Origin: Chlamydiota bacterium
GTDB taxonomy: Bacteria; Chlamydiota; Chlamydiia; Chlamydiales; SM23-39
Assembly: GCA_039179045.1 (NCBI GenBank)
Contig: JBCDEZ010000034.1
Coordinates: 1-17,124 of the forward strand
Direction: 5' to 3'
Length of the DNA: 17,124 bases
A program made the position numbers and the translations under genes. The notes below the pieces were generated by a model that saw only the letters and a list, made by a program, of their open reading frames with translations, was not told the origin of the DNA and did no database searches. Of the stretch, positions 1 to 7,871 are shown piece by piece (the stretch's first letter is position 1; each line of letters opens with the position of its first letter).

Positions 1-2
1 AT

Positions 3-200
3 CAAAAGATCTCCGCCTGATGTGAACCGGTCCTTTCACAAACACAGAGTCAACTAGAAAAAATCAAAAAATAGTAGATGTAATGTGTCCCTAAGGTAAA
101 GGTATGGAAAACAGATACCCTGCATGCATCCGCTAGACTAAAAATATACAGCGCAATATCCCAAACTGAGAGTGGCCAATCCTTCGATGATTGAAAAACC
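3..200. repeat. Dispersed non-coding repeat, copy A (probably truncated by the window edge); inverted homolog of 9966-10165
   Basis: Hand alignment of 3-188 to the reverse complement of 9981-10165 gives about 134/187 identical columns with only 3 single-base gaps. Exact shared blocks include CCTGATGT, AAACACAG, AGAAAAAATCAAAAAAT, GAAAACAGATA, TGCATCCGCTAG and CGCAATAT. Confidence 0.9.
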
Positions 201-440
201 AAACCCCAGCCGAATACAGTTTGAGAAAGGGCGCAAAAACCTTTGTGGACCCTGCCCAACTCAAAATAATCTCACGTTATTGATTTTTAGGATTTTAAGA
301 ATAAAAAATTCTACATGTTTTTGCCAATACAAAAAGAAAATGATGAGTAGATTAAAAACGATCAAATCGTTACAGTTAGGATAGTTTTTCACCACATCTT
401 GTGGGCAGGAATATCTCCAGCGCAATAACGCAAAATAGGC

Positions 441-1244
441 ATGTTTTTGGATTTTTACCATACGATCACTCCGTTCATTGAGGTATTCGTGATTGCGGTG
501 ATTTTCAACTACATCCTCTCGTTTCTTTGGAATACAAAGTCGATGGATCTCGTATTTGGCTTCTTGGCTTTTTTGCTCTTGTTTGCTGCCTCTTCTTGGC
601 TGCAACTACCCGTTTTGCATAAGATCATGCTTCTTGTAGGCAACGTGGCTGTGATCGCTGTTTTGATCATTTTTCAGCCTGAGCTGCGCTTCGCTCTCTC
701 AAAATTGAGCCTGAAAGGGAAGCGCTACCGGGAGGTAACGGAATTCGATAAATTTTTGGAGTCTTTAGCAAACTCGATCTACCGATTAGCAGAAAAACGA
801 GTCGGCGCTCTGATCGCGCTCGAAAAGGACGACTCTCTCGAGGAGTATGCACGCAAAGCGATTCTACTGAACGCTGAATTTAGCTCTGAGCTTTTGGAAT
901 CAGTGTTCGCCTCAGGCACCCCCTTGCACGATGGAGCAGTCATTGTACGCGGCCTCACCATATTGGCAGCCTCGGTCATCTTGCCATTAGCAGAAGATGC
1001 CTCCCAGCTTGCAAAGTCCATGGGCACACGCCACCGCGCTGCTCTGGGACTTGCTCATATGACCGATGCCATTTTGATCGTTGTATCAGAAGAAACAGGT
1101 AGAGTCTCCATCGCAAGGGATGGGATCATGACAAGAGGTATCAAAATTGACCGCTTCAAAGGAATCATCCGGAGTATCGTCAATCCACCGAACCTCAGCG
1201 CAGATACTAGCAAAAAGAACTTCTGGAAATGGATTGTGGAATGA
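441..1244 (+). CDS. dacA: Diadenylate cyclase CdaA/DacA (c-di-AMP synthase)
   Basis: Three N-terminal TM helices followed by FQPELR, then a DAC domain with the catalytic LHDGA and GTRHRAA motifs and VSEETG. Followed by a YbbR-type gene. Confidence 0.97.
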   Translation: MFLDFYHTITPFIEVFVIAVIFNYILSFLWNTKSMDLVFGFLAFLLLFAASSWLQLPVLHKIMLLVGNVAVIAVLIIFQPELRFALSKLSLKGKRYREVTEFDKFLESLANSIYRLAEKRVGALIALEKDDSLEEYARKAILLNAEFSSELLESVFASGTPLHDGAVIVRGLTILAASVILPLAEDASQLAKSMGTRHRAALGLAHMTDAILIVVSEETGRVSIARDGIMTRGIKIDRFKGIIRSIVNPPNLSADTSKKNFWKWIVE

Positions 1245-2479
1245 TTACCTTCCTGAGAAAACTCTTATTTTCCAACTGGCAAAGAAAACTTTTGGCTCTC
1301 ATCTTAGCAATGATCATTTGGCTTGTCGTCCATCACTATATGTCCTTGTCTGCTACGGTGCACAATGTGTCTGTCCGAGTAAAAAACATCCCTCACGGCA
1401 AAGCGATTGAAGGGGCGCAGAGCGACGGAACATTGCGAGAAAAGATCACGTTGAAAGTCACGGGAAACAAGGAGCTCGTATCCGGGCTGTCAGGCCAGGA
1501 TTTCGAAGTGGTGATCGATGCAAAAAATACTCTCGGTCCCTGGAAAGCAGAAATCGATAAGACACACCTTCTCTTCCTCGATCGTAAAACCGATTTGCGG
1601 CGCATTTACCAGATCAATTCCCCCTCTTTGTTTTTAAAGACTGTGCCTATGATTACAGAGAAAGTACCGATTTTCGTCGCGAAGCCGACAGGCAACCCTC
1701 CTAGGGGCTACGACTTTGTCGATGTTCTTCCCTACAATCTTTATTTGGACGTAACAGGTCCGGAGAGCGTAGTCAAAAACCTGAAAAAGTCGGGTGTAGA
1801 GCTTGCCCTCAACCTCGACCTCATCTCGCGCGATGATCTCGATGCTCTCTACGAACAAGAAGACCGACGGGGTAACGAGGTGAGCTATTCTGTTCCAGAT
1901 GCCTTGAAAGCCATCGAAATTCCTTCCCTTTCGAAGTATCCGTTTTGCCTCAACAATGAGCAGGCCAAATATCTTCGCATCAACTTTGTAAAAAAAGAGC
2001 TCTTGCAGATTCCTCATCACATACCCATCTCCTGTTTTTTCTCCCATCGCCTTGCAAACGAAGACTCTGCAAATCCCTACTCTCTTCGAGTCAATAATTT
2101 CATTGGGAAGAGGAACGGTATCTATACGATCAAAGAAAGGCTCTTTGTGAAAGGAGTATCCACACTTTTCACAGAAATCATCAAAGATATGATCCAAATC
2201 GTGATTTCAATCACCCCCGATGGCAAAACATTGGGATGGAATGTGCAGATCATGAATCCACACCAGTTAGAGGATCGCTACGTAAAGGCAAAACAACAAA
2301 GTATACAAAAAAGGGGGCCATTCCACAAAGATATACACTCTCAAGAGGAGTACTTACGCAACCGCTTTCGGAAATACATGAACGAGCTTCGCCTGTTCAC
2401 AGCAAACAATGAGAAGTTGGCTTTACGTGTCTACCTCGAAGGCAGAGAAATTGTCATCGAAAGAAATCAGGATCTATAG
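1241..2479 (+). CDS. ybbR: CdaR/YbbR-family regulator of diadenylate cyclase (single N-terminal TM anchor)
   Basis: NWQRKLLALILAMIIWLVV anchor and YbbR-like segments (ITLKVTG..., VTGPESVV), directly downstream of dacA. Start placed at ATG 1241, which overlaps the dacA TGA as ATGA; the ORF track starts at 1229. Confidence 0.9.
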   Translation: MITFLRKLLFSNWQRKLLALILAMIIWLVVHHYMSLSATVHNVSVRVKNIPHGKAIEGAQSDGTLREKITLKVTGNKELVSGLSGQDFEVVIDAKNTLGPWKAEIDKTHLLFLDRKTDLRRIYQINSPSLFLKTVPMITEKVPIFVAKPTGNPPRGYDFVDVLPYNLYLDVTGPESVVKNLKKSGVELALNLDLISRDDLDALYEQEDRRGNEVSYSVPDALKAIEIPSLSKYPFCLNNEQAKYLRINFVKKELLQIPHHIPISCFFSHRLANEDSANPYSLRVNNFIGKRNGIYTIKERLFVKGVSTLFTEIIKDMIQIVISITPDGKTLGWNVQIMNPHQLEDRYVKAKQQSIQKRGPFHKDIHSQEEYLRNRFRKYMNELRLFTANNEKLALRVYLEGREIVIERNQDL

Positions 2480-2482
2480 TCT

Positions 2483-3568
2483 ATGCGGATCGCTCTCATC
2501 CATCGAAAAGGGCAAAAACCTGGCGGAGTGGAAAGGTTTGCTGAAAAAATCCGCCAATTCCTAGAAAAGGAGGGATGGACCGTATCCCACTTGCATGAGG
2601 GAGCTTTTTCCCTCCCAAAAACGCGCCTTAGGAGGAAAAAGGCTTTTGACCAAGCCTGTGCGCGCTTTGTCCACAAGCAAGCCTCCAGCTTGCAAGCGGT
2701 GCTGAGCTTAGAGAAAATTGACTGCAACCCCACGCACCTTAGGCTCGGCGAGGGATTGCATGCAACTTACTTGCAAAAGCGCGCCCACTTTGAGTCTTTT
2801 TTGAAACGTTGGCATCTGCGCCAAAGCAGGTTCCACCGCCACGCTCTAGCTGTAGAAAAAAAATGCTTAGAAAACCCCCGCCTCAAAACACTTTTTTGCA
2901 ACGCAGAAATGGTGAAGCAAGAAGTGCTTGCCCACTACCAGATCCCTCCAGAAAAAATTGTCGTGATCCAAAACGGGATCAACTGGAGCGAATACGAAGG
3001 CCCGTTTGCCTCATGGAGAGACGAGAAAGTAGCGCTTCACAGACGTTACGATCTTCCCTCCTGTTTTCACTTCCTTTTCGTGGGCAACGGCTTTGTGCGT
3101 AAGGGGCTTTGGTTCCTGTTGCAAGCATTTGCTGCGCTGCCTAAAAATACGCATCTCTCCGTTGTAGGAAGATGCAAAACGCTCCCCTCTTGCAAGCGGT
3201 TTGTGCGCAAGCACAAACTAGAGAACAGAGTGCGCTTTTTCGGAGCACAAAACCCCACACCCTTCTATCAGCTAGCAGACTGTCTTGTTATCCCCTCTTA
3301 TTACGATCCCGCTGCTAACGTCACTCTCGAAGCGCTTGCAATGGGGCTGCGTGTTGTCTCTTCTACAGCAAACGGAGCAGCAGAGATCTTGCCTCCCACT
3401 TGGCGAGTAGACAAACCAGAAGATCCACGCGTCTTACAACAAGCCCTTCTCGCTGCTTTGCCGGAGAAGAAAACAGAAGAAAGTGCCACAAAAAAGCAAG
3501 ATTTAGTACGCTCTTTTTGTGATCAAAAGCAGCTGAGAAAATTTGTACAACACATTCGTCCGGTGTAG
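2483..3568 (+). CDS. GT4 family glycosyltransferase, WabG/WaaG(RfaG)-like LPS core transferase
   Basis: N-terminal GGVERF, central GEGLH..YL and CNAEMVKQEV..HY, then FVGNGFVRKGL and the C-terminal PSYYDPAANVTLEALAMG donor-binding motif (D-x7-E variant). Confidence 0.88.
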   Translation: MRIALIHRKGQKPGGVERFAEKIRQFLEKEGWTVSHLHEGAFSLPKTRLRRKKAFDQACARFVHKQASSLQAVLSLEKIDCNPTHLRLGEGLHATYLQKRAHFESFLKRWHLRQSRFHRHALAVEKKCLENPRLKTLFCNAEMVKQEVLAHYQIPPEKIVVIQNGINWSEYEGPFASWRDEKVALHRRYDLPSCFHFLFVGNGFVRKGLWFLLQAFAALPKNTHLSVVGRCKTLPSCKRFVRKHKLENRVRFFGAQNPTPFYQLADCLVIPSYYDPAANVTLEALAMGLRVVSSTANGAAEILPPTWRVDKPEDPRVLQQALLAALPEKKTEESATKKQDLVRSFCDQKQLRKFVQHIRPV

Positions 3569-4814
3569 GGAAAAACTCTCTTATTTCCTTATACGCTCTT
3601 TCATCTATCCGATTGGGTTTCTTCCCCTGCCTTGGATTCGCAGACTGGGCAAAGCGCTCGGCTGCCTTCTCTACTATACGGTACCCAAATACCGGAAAAG
3701 GACACTGAGCAACCTAAGCCTTGCCTCTTCGTTAAACCTCCGAGGTAAAGAGCTGCGCAAAATCGCGATTCACTCGTTGCAAAACTTTGCAATTGTCGCT
3801 TTGGAGTATCCGAAGTTCGCGCGTCTACGTAACCTAGGGGGGTGCATCACCTGCCGCAATCCGAAAAAAGCGCTTGCGCTCATAGAACAGGGCATTGGAA
3901 TTGTCTTTTTCTGTGGACACCAGGCCAATTGGGAGACCCTATTTTTGGATGGAACGACCAGGATGCCTGGCACTGCAATTGGCAAAGCAACAAAAAACCG
4001 GTTTCTCTACGCTTGGATTATTGCTATTCGAGAGCGATACGGGGGCAAAATGATCGAGCAAAAAAGAGCCTTGAAAGAGGGGTTGCGAGCTTTGAAAAAA
4101 GGGCACTTTTTAGGGATTTTAGGGGATCAAGCAGATCCTGAAAGTAGCTTTTCTTTCCCTTTTTTCGGTAGAAGATCCAAGACCTCCTTAGCACCTGCCC
4201 TTTTGTCCTACAAATCGGGATGTCCCCTCATTGTTGCTACCACCAAAAGAACTCAAAAAGGATACGAGATTGAGTATGCTGATCCGATCTGGCCTGATAC
4301 AAACAATCCACTGCGCAAAGAGGCGCCTTGGATGATGGAAAAAGCACTCTACGCTTTGGAGTGCTCTATCGCGAAAGCCCCCGGCGAGTGGCTCTGGACG
4401 CACAACAAGTACAAACAGCACAACAAGCGTCAGATTCGCCCCCGGTTTCGTCACGATGCGCTTCTCTTCATTTTCGATTTAGAGCACCAGCACCTTCTAC
4501 CACAACTGCAGGTCTTTCGGAGGATTTATCCCGACAGCTTTTTCTTCCTATGCCTACACGAAAAAAGCGCCCTCCCCCCTCCTGACCTCGATATCGAAGA
4601 GTTGCTCTTTTTTCGCAAAGAAGAAGATCTTTGGATAGATGACCACCGCTGCAAGTGCGTGTTCAACTTCTCGAGACATCCGAGTGTAAAGCGCCACTTT
4701 CTTAAGAAAAGTGCGCATGAAGTACTCAGCTATCCAGATCTATATCAACTGGCAAAAGATCGGACTTCGCCCTCTGCTATTTTGCAAAGCGCGCTTCTCA
4801 AGAGTTTTCCGTGA
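3543..4814 (+). CDS. lpxL: Lipid A late acyltransferase LpxL/HtrB with a ~130 aa C-terminal extension
   Basis: N-terminal TM/amphipathic segment, GHQANWE catalytic H-x4-E motif, LGDQ, FPFFG and PGEWLWTHNKYK. The TTG start overlaps the upstream gene by 26 nt, so the start is somewhat uncertain. Confidence 0.92.
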   Translation: MYNTFVRCREKLSYFLIRSFIYPIGFLPLPWIRRLGKALGCLLYYTVPKYRKRTLSNLSLASSLNLRGKELRKIAIHSLQNFAIVALEYPKFARLRNLGGCITCRNPKKALALIEQGIGIVFFCGHQANWETLFLDGTTRMPGTAIGKATKNRFLYAWIIAIRERYGGKMIEQKRALKEGLRALKKGHFLGILGDQADPESSFSFPFFGRRSKTSLAPALLSYKSGCPLIVATTKRTQKGYEIEYADPIWPDTNNPLRKEAPWMMEKALYALECSIAKAPGEWLWTHNKYKQHNKRQIRPRFRHDALLFIFDLEHQHLLPQLQVFRRIYPDSFFFLCLHEKSALPPPDLDIEELLFFRKEEDLWIDDHRCKCVFNFSRHPSVKRHFLKKSAHEVLSYPDLYQLAKDRTSPSAILQSALLKSFP

Positions 4815-5500
4815 CCCAACGCTTTTATTTACGCTGCGATTTTGCAAAGACCACCTACCAGATAGAAGGAAGTGAGATGCGCCATGCGAAGGTGCTGCGA
4901 CTGCAAGAAGGCGCTCTCATCACTCTTCTCAATGGAGAGGGAAGCTCTGCCCTAGCGCAAGTACGTGCAGAAGACAAGATGAGCTTCAAAGTGGAGATTC
5001 TCTCGGTGACTAGAACTATTCCCTCTCCTAATAGAAGCGCCCTCGCCTTGGGGCTCCTCAAGCAAGCGGGTCTAGACCTTGTAACGGAAAAAGCGGTAGA
5101 AATCGGGATCAATCATCTCCATTTCTTCCGAGGAGAAAGATCGGAAAAAAAAAACCTCTCTTTCTCTCGTTTGGAGAGGATTGCGGTCAGCGCGATGAAG
5201 CAATCGGGCGGGCTTTTCCTACCAAAAATCGCTCTTTACCCATCGATAGAAGCGGTACCGAGGGAGTATACGTCTCTTTACTATGGCTCTCTTGCAATAC
5301 AACCGCGTGTCGAGGCGCAAGACGAGAGCTCTCTTTTCTACGTAGGCCCGGAAAAGGGATTTTCGGAAAAAGAACACGCTTTTCTCCACAAGATCAAAGC
5401 CAGGGCCATTTCCCTTTCTGCTAGGACGCTGCGCGCAGAGACGGCTGGAATCTTAGCTGCCTATTTTCTAGAGAGGGGCAAGCAGATAGAGTCTTGCTAA
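4811..5500 (+). CDS. rsmE: 16S rRNA m3U1498 methyltransferase RsmE
   Basis: HAKVLRL, EKAVEIG, AMKQSG, VGPEKGFS and TLRAETAG SPOUT motifs. GTG start overlaps the lpxL TGA (GTGA). Confidence 0.95.
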   Translation: MTQRFYLRCDFAKTTYQIEGSEMRHAKVLRLQEGALITLLNGEGSSALAQVRAEDKMSFKVEILSVTRTIPSPNRSALALGLLKQAGLDLVTEKAVEIGINHLHFFRGERSEKKNLSFSRLERIAVSAMKQSGGLFLPKIALYPSIEAVPREYTSLYYGSLAIQPRVEAQDESSLFYVGPEKGFSEKEHAFLHKIKARAISLSARTLRAETAGILAAYFLERGKQIESC

Positions 5501-5531
5501 AGGATCGTTTTTCTAGTTGGCAAACACACAA

Positions 5532-7274
5532 CTACCTCGATTGTCTCCGGTAGACAATCGCTTTTGCAGGATCCATAGCAATTTCTTCTCCCTCTTGCAA
5601 GATACTCAAAGCATTTTCTGCGCGCACAATGATAGATAGATGGTGCAAGCGAGCAGCTTCCAGTGCATAGGTACAAGAGGAGTGGTCATCAGCATGGCTC
5701 TCCAAGATCACCCCTCGCGCATTTTGCATCATAGGTAGATAGGAGGAATCACAAGCTGGCAAGACCAAAATGGCATCTTCATAAGAGTCCGTGTTCCCGC
5801 GCAGGACAAAGCGCTTTACGCGCCCTTGTACGACTGCCCCATAGCCACTCTCTCCACGGGCAAGAATGCTTCCGATGCTCTCCACAGTCATGGTATTAGT
5901 GGACCCGCGCAGACCAAATTCAGCACCTGCAATCACCACAACCAAGTCACCGAAAGAGAGAATCTCTTCCCTAATAGCATACTGGCTTGCCGTCTCGAAA
6001 AAGTTCTGCCAAGTTGCACTCTTTGCTAGGAGAGGGATCACCCCCCAAAAACAACCTAGCTGCTGGAAAATAGTCGGATCATGTGTTACAGCAATAACAG
6101 GCATTTCTGGTTTGAATCGAGAAACGAGACGCGCGGTCAAGCCCGAAGTTGTGAACACAAAAATCATATTCGCTCCCAGCGTATAAGCGGTTTTCACCGA
6201 AGAGAGCGCAACAGCAGAAGAAATATTCGGGAACTCTTTGCGTGAGTGGAGGTAGTAAAACTCCCGATTGTCAAAGTCTTCTTCCACGTCCTGTGCGATC
6301 TTTTTCATGAGCTGTACCGCTTCGATCGGATACTTCCCCACAGAGGACTCACCTGAGAGCATGATGGAAGAGGCGCCCTCGTAAATGGCGTTGGCCACAT
6401 CAGACACCTCGGCTCTCGTCGCTCTCGGATTGACGATCATCGACTCGAGCATTTGTGTTGCAATCGTTACAGGTTTGCACGCATCGAAACATTTACGCAC
6501 CATCATCTTTTGTAACTTGGGTACAAGACTCGGGTCGAGTTCTACACCGAGGTCTCCTCGAGCCACCATAATGCCGTCTGAGACCTGTACAATCCGGTCA
6601 AACTCCTCAATCCCTTGCCGATTTTCGATCTTAGCGACTACGAAAACTTCGGGTCTACCCTGGGCGGCCAAAAGCTGCTTGATCGCGAGAACATGTTCCG
6701 AAGAGCGTATGAATGAGGCCGCCACTATTTCGATGCCCATTTTGCAGCCAAAAATGAGATCTTCCCGATCTCTTTTCGTCAGTGCGGGCAAGTTGAGCTT
6801 CGCGTCCGGTACGTTGATCCCCTTTCTCGAAGCGAGAGCCCCTGCATCGATCATCTTGACCAAGAGGCGCCCAGGCTCTTTGGCCATTACAGTGCCGGCT
6901 AAGTACCCATCGTGGAACAAGATCGTCATCCCTACATCAATTGAAGAAATCACAGAAATCGGATCCATCGGCAGCTCATTTGAGGCCTTTGCCCTTTCTA
7001 CAAGCGCGATGATCTCTCCCGATTCCACTTTTTTCTCTTGTTCGAGTATTCCAATGCGGATCTCAGGGCCTTTAGTATCGAGCATCAAAGGGCAAGAAAG
7101 TCCCAAGCTCTTCCGGGCGCTTTTTACCCACTTGATTCTTTTTGCGTGCTCCTCATAAGTACCGTGACTGAAATTGAAGCGAGCAATATTCATGCCCGAC
7201 AAGAGCAACTCTTCAATTTTTTGCAAAGAGTCGACGGCAGGGCCTAATGTGCAGATGATTTTTGTTTGCTTCAT
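5532..7274 (-). CDS. pyk: Pyruvate kinase, long form with a C-terminal PEP-utiliser swivel-like domain
   Basis: TKIICTLGPA, ARFNFSHG, LDTKGPEIR, AKIEN, DGIMVARGDLGVE, ATQMLESM, TRAEVSDVANA and MLSGES motifs, plus ~110 extra C-terminal residues. Confidence 0.98.
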   Translation of the reverse strand: MKQTKIICTLGPAVDSLQKIEELLLSGMNIARFNFSHGTYEEHAKRIKWVKSARKSLGLSCPLMLDTKGPEIRIGILEQEKKVESGEIIALVERAKASNELPMDPISVISSIDVGMTILFHDGYLAGTVMAKEPGRLLVKMIDAGALASRKGINVPDAKLNLPALTKRDREDLIFGCKMGIEIVAASFIRSSEHVLAIKQLLAAQGRPEVFVVAKIENRQGIEEFDRIVQVSDGIMVARGDLGVELDPSLVPKLQKMMVRKCFDACKPVTIATQMLESMIVNPRATRAEVSDVANAIYEGASSIMLSGESSVGKYPIEAVQLMKKIAQDVEEDFDNREFYYLHSRKEFPNISSAVALSSVKTAYTLGANMIFVFTTSGLTARLVSRFKPEMPVIAVTHDPTIFQQLGCFWGVIPLLAKSATWQNFFETASQYAIREEILSFGDLVVVIAGAEFGLRGSTNTMTVESIGSILARGESGYGAVVQGRVKRFVLRGNTDSYEDAILVLPACDSSYLPMMQNARGVILESHADDHSSCTYALEAARLHHLSIIVRAENALSILQEGEEIAMDPAKAIVYRRQSR

Positions 7275-7717
7275 GAATTTTTTTTTAGCATAGATCAGAT
7301 TTTTCAGGAAACACTCGTGCGCTCCTCAAAGGCAATCTCATGTAAATTCCATATTTCGCATCCTTTCCGCAAGGTAGGTGAAGAATATGGGTTAAATCTA
7401 TTGCCCCAAGATTTCTTGCATGAGACTTCTTTGGAAAGTTTCTTTTTCAGAGAATTTCGAGTAGAAGATTTGGGAGAAAAATGCCCAGAGATTTGTATGA
7501 GACGTGGTCAGATCAAGGCCCTTTCGTTTGAAGAATTTTGAAGCTTATATACCCATTTCATTTGAAGAATTGGGTGCAAAAAAGAATAGAGATAGGAGTG
7601 ATTTGTGGTGGATTTCTTCAGTCCAGGGAAAAGGCCCAGACTGAGTGGGGACCAACTCTCCAAAAAAACCAGCTTTTTGCTTGTGAAAAAACTCCTTCAT
7701 GCAGTTCTTCAGCTAAC

Positions 7718-7767
7718 GATGCGTATACTTGCAACACCAGGTCCCGCTTTTGCAAAAGATACGCGTC
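7718..7767. repeat. Imperfect inverted repeat / potential stem-loop
   Basis: Left arm GATGCGTATACTTGCAA (7718-7734) and right arm TTGCAAAAGATACGCGTC (7750-7767), about 14/18 Watson-Crick complementary, with a 15-nt loop. Confidence 0.5.
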
Positions 7768-7796
7768 AACATGAAAAGGTGAGAAGTGCGCATTCT

Positions 7797-7819
7797 ATAA
7801 AAGGCAGAGATCCTTTTAT
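7797..7819 (-). terminator. Possible weak terminator-like hairpin downstream of the 143-aa ORF
   Basis: ATAAAAGG-N7-CCTTTTAT perfect 8-bp inverted repeat about 50 nt past the ORF stop. The stem is GC-poor. Confidence 0.25.
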
Positions 7820-7871
7820 CCCACTCTTTGTTAATTAATTGAACCCGAAATGCAGGTTATTGTTACTCGAA

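Noticed and set aside
50..384. Short ORFs 50-259 (-) and 172-384 (+)
   Set aside because: They overlap the dispersed repeat, are not preserved as ORFs in the second copy and have no recognisable motifs.
200..440. Possible c-di-AMP (ydaO) riboswitch ahead of dacA
   Set aside because: The conserved ydaO-type sequence blocks were not seen, and the region is AT-rich.
1634..2197. 187-aa ORF antisense to ybbR
   Set aside because: Shadow ORF with no recognisable domain.
6385..7158. 257-aa ORF antisense to pyk
   Set aside because: Shadow ORF lying entirely opposite a highly conserved gene; Ser/Ile/Thr-rich with no recognisable motifs.
7266..7838. Short ORFs 7266-7541, 7538-7774 and 7605-7838
   Set aside because: Non-ATG starts, two of them overlap extensively, and they show no recognisable similarity to transposases or other families.
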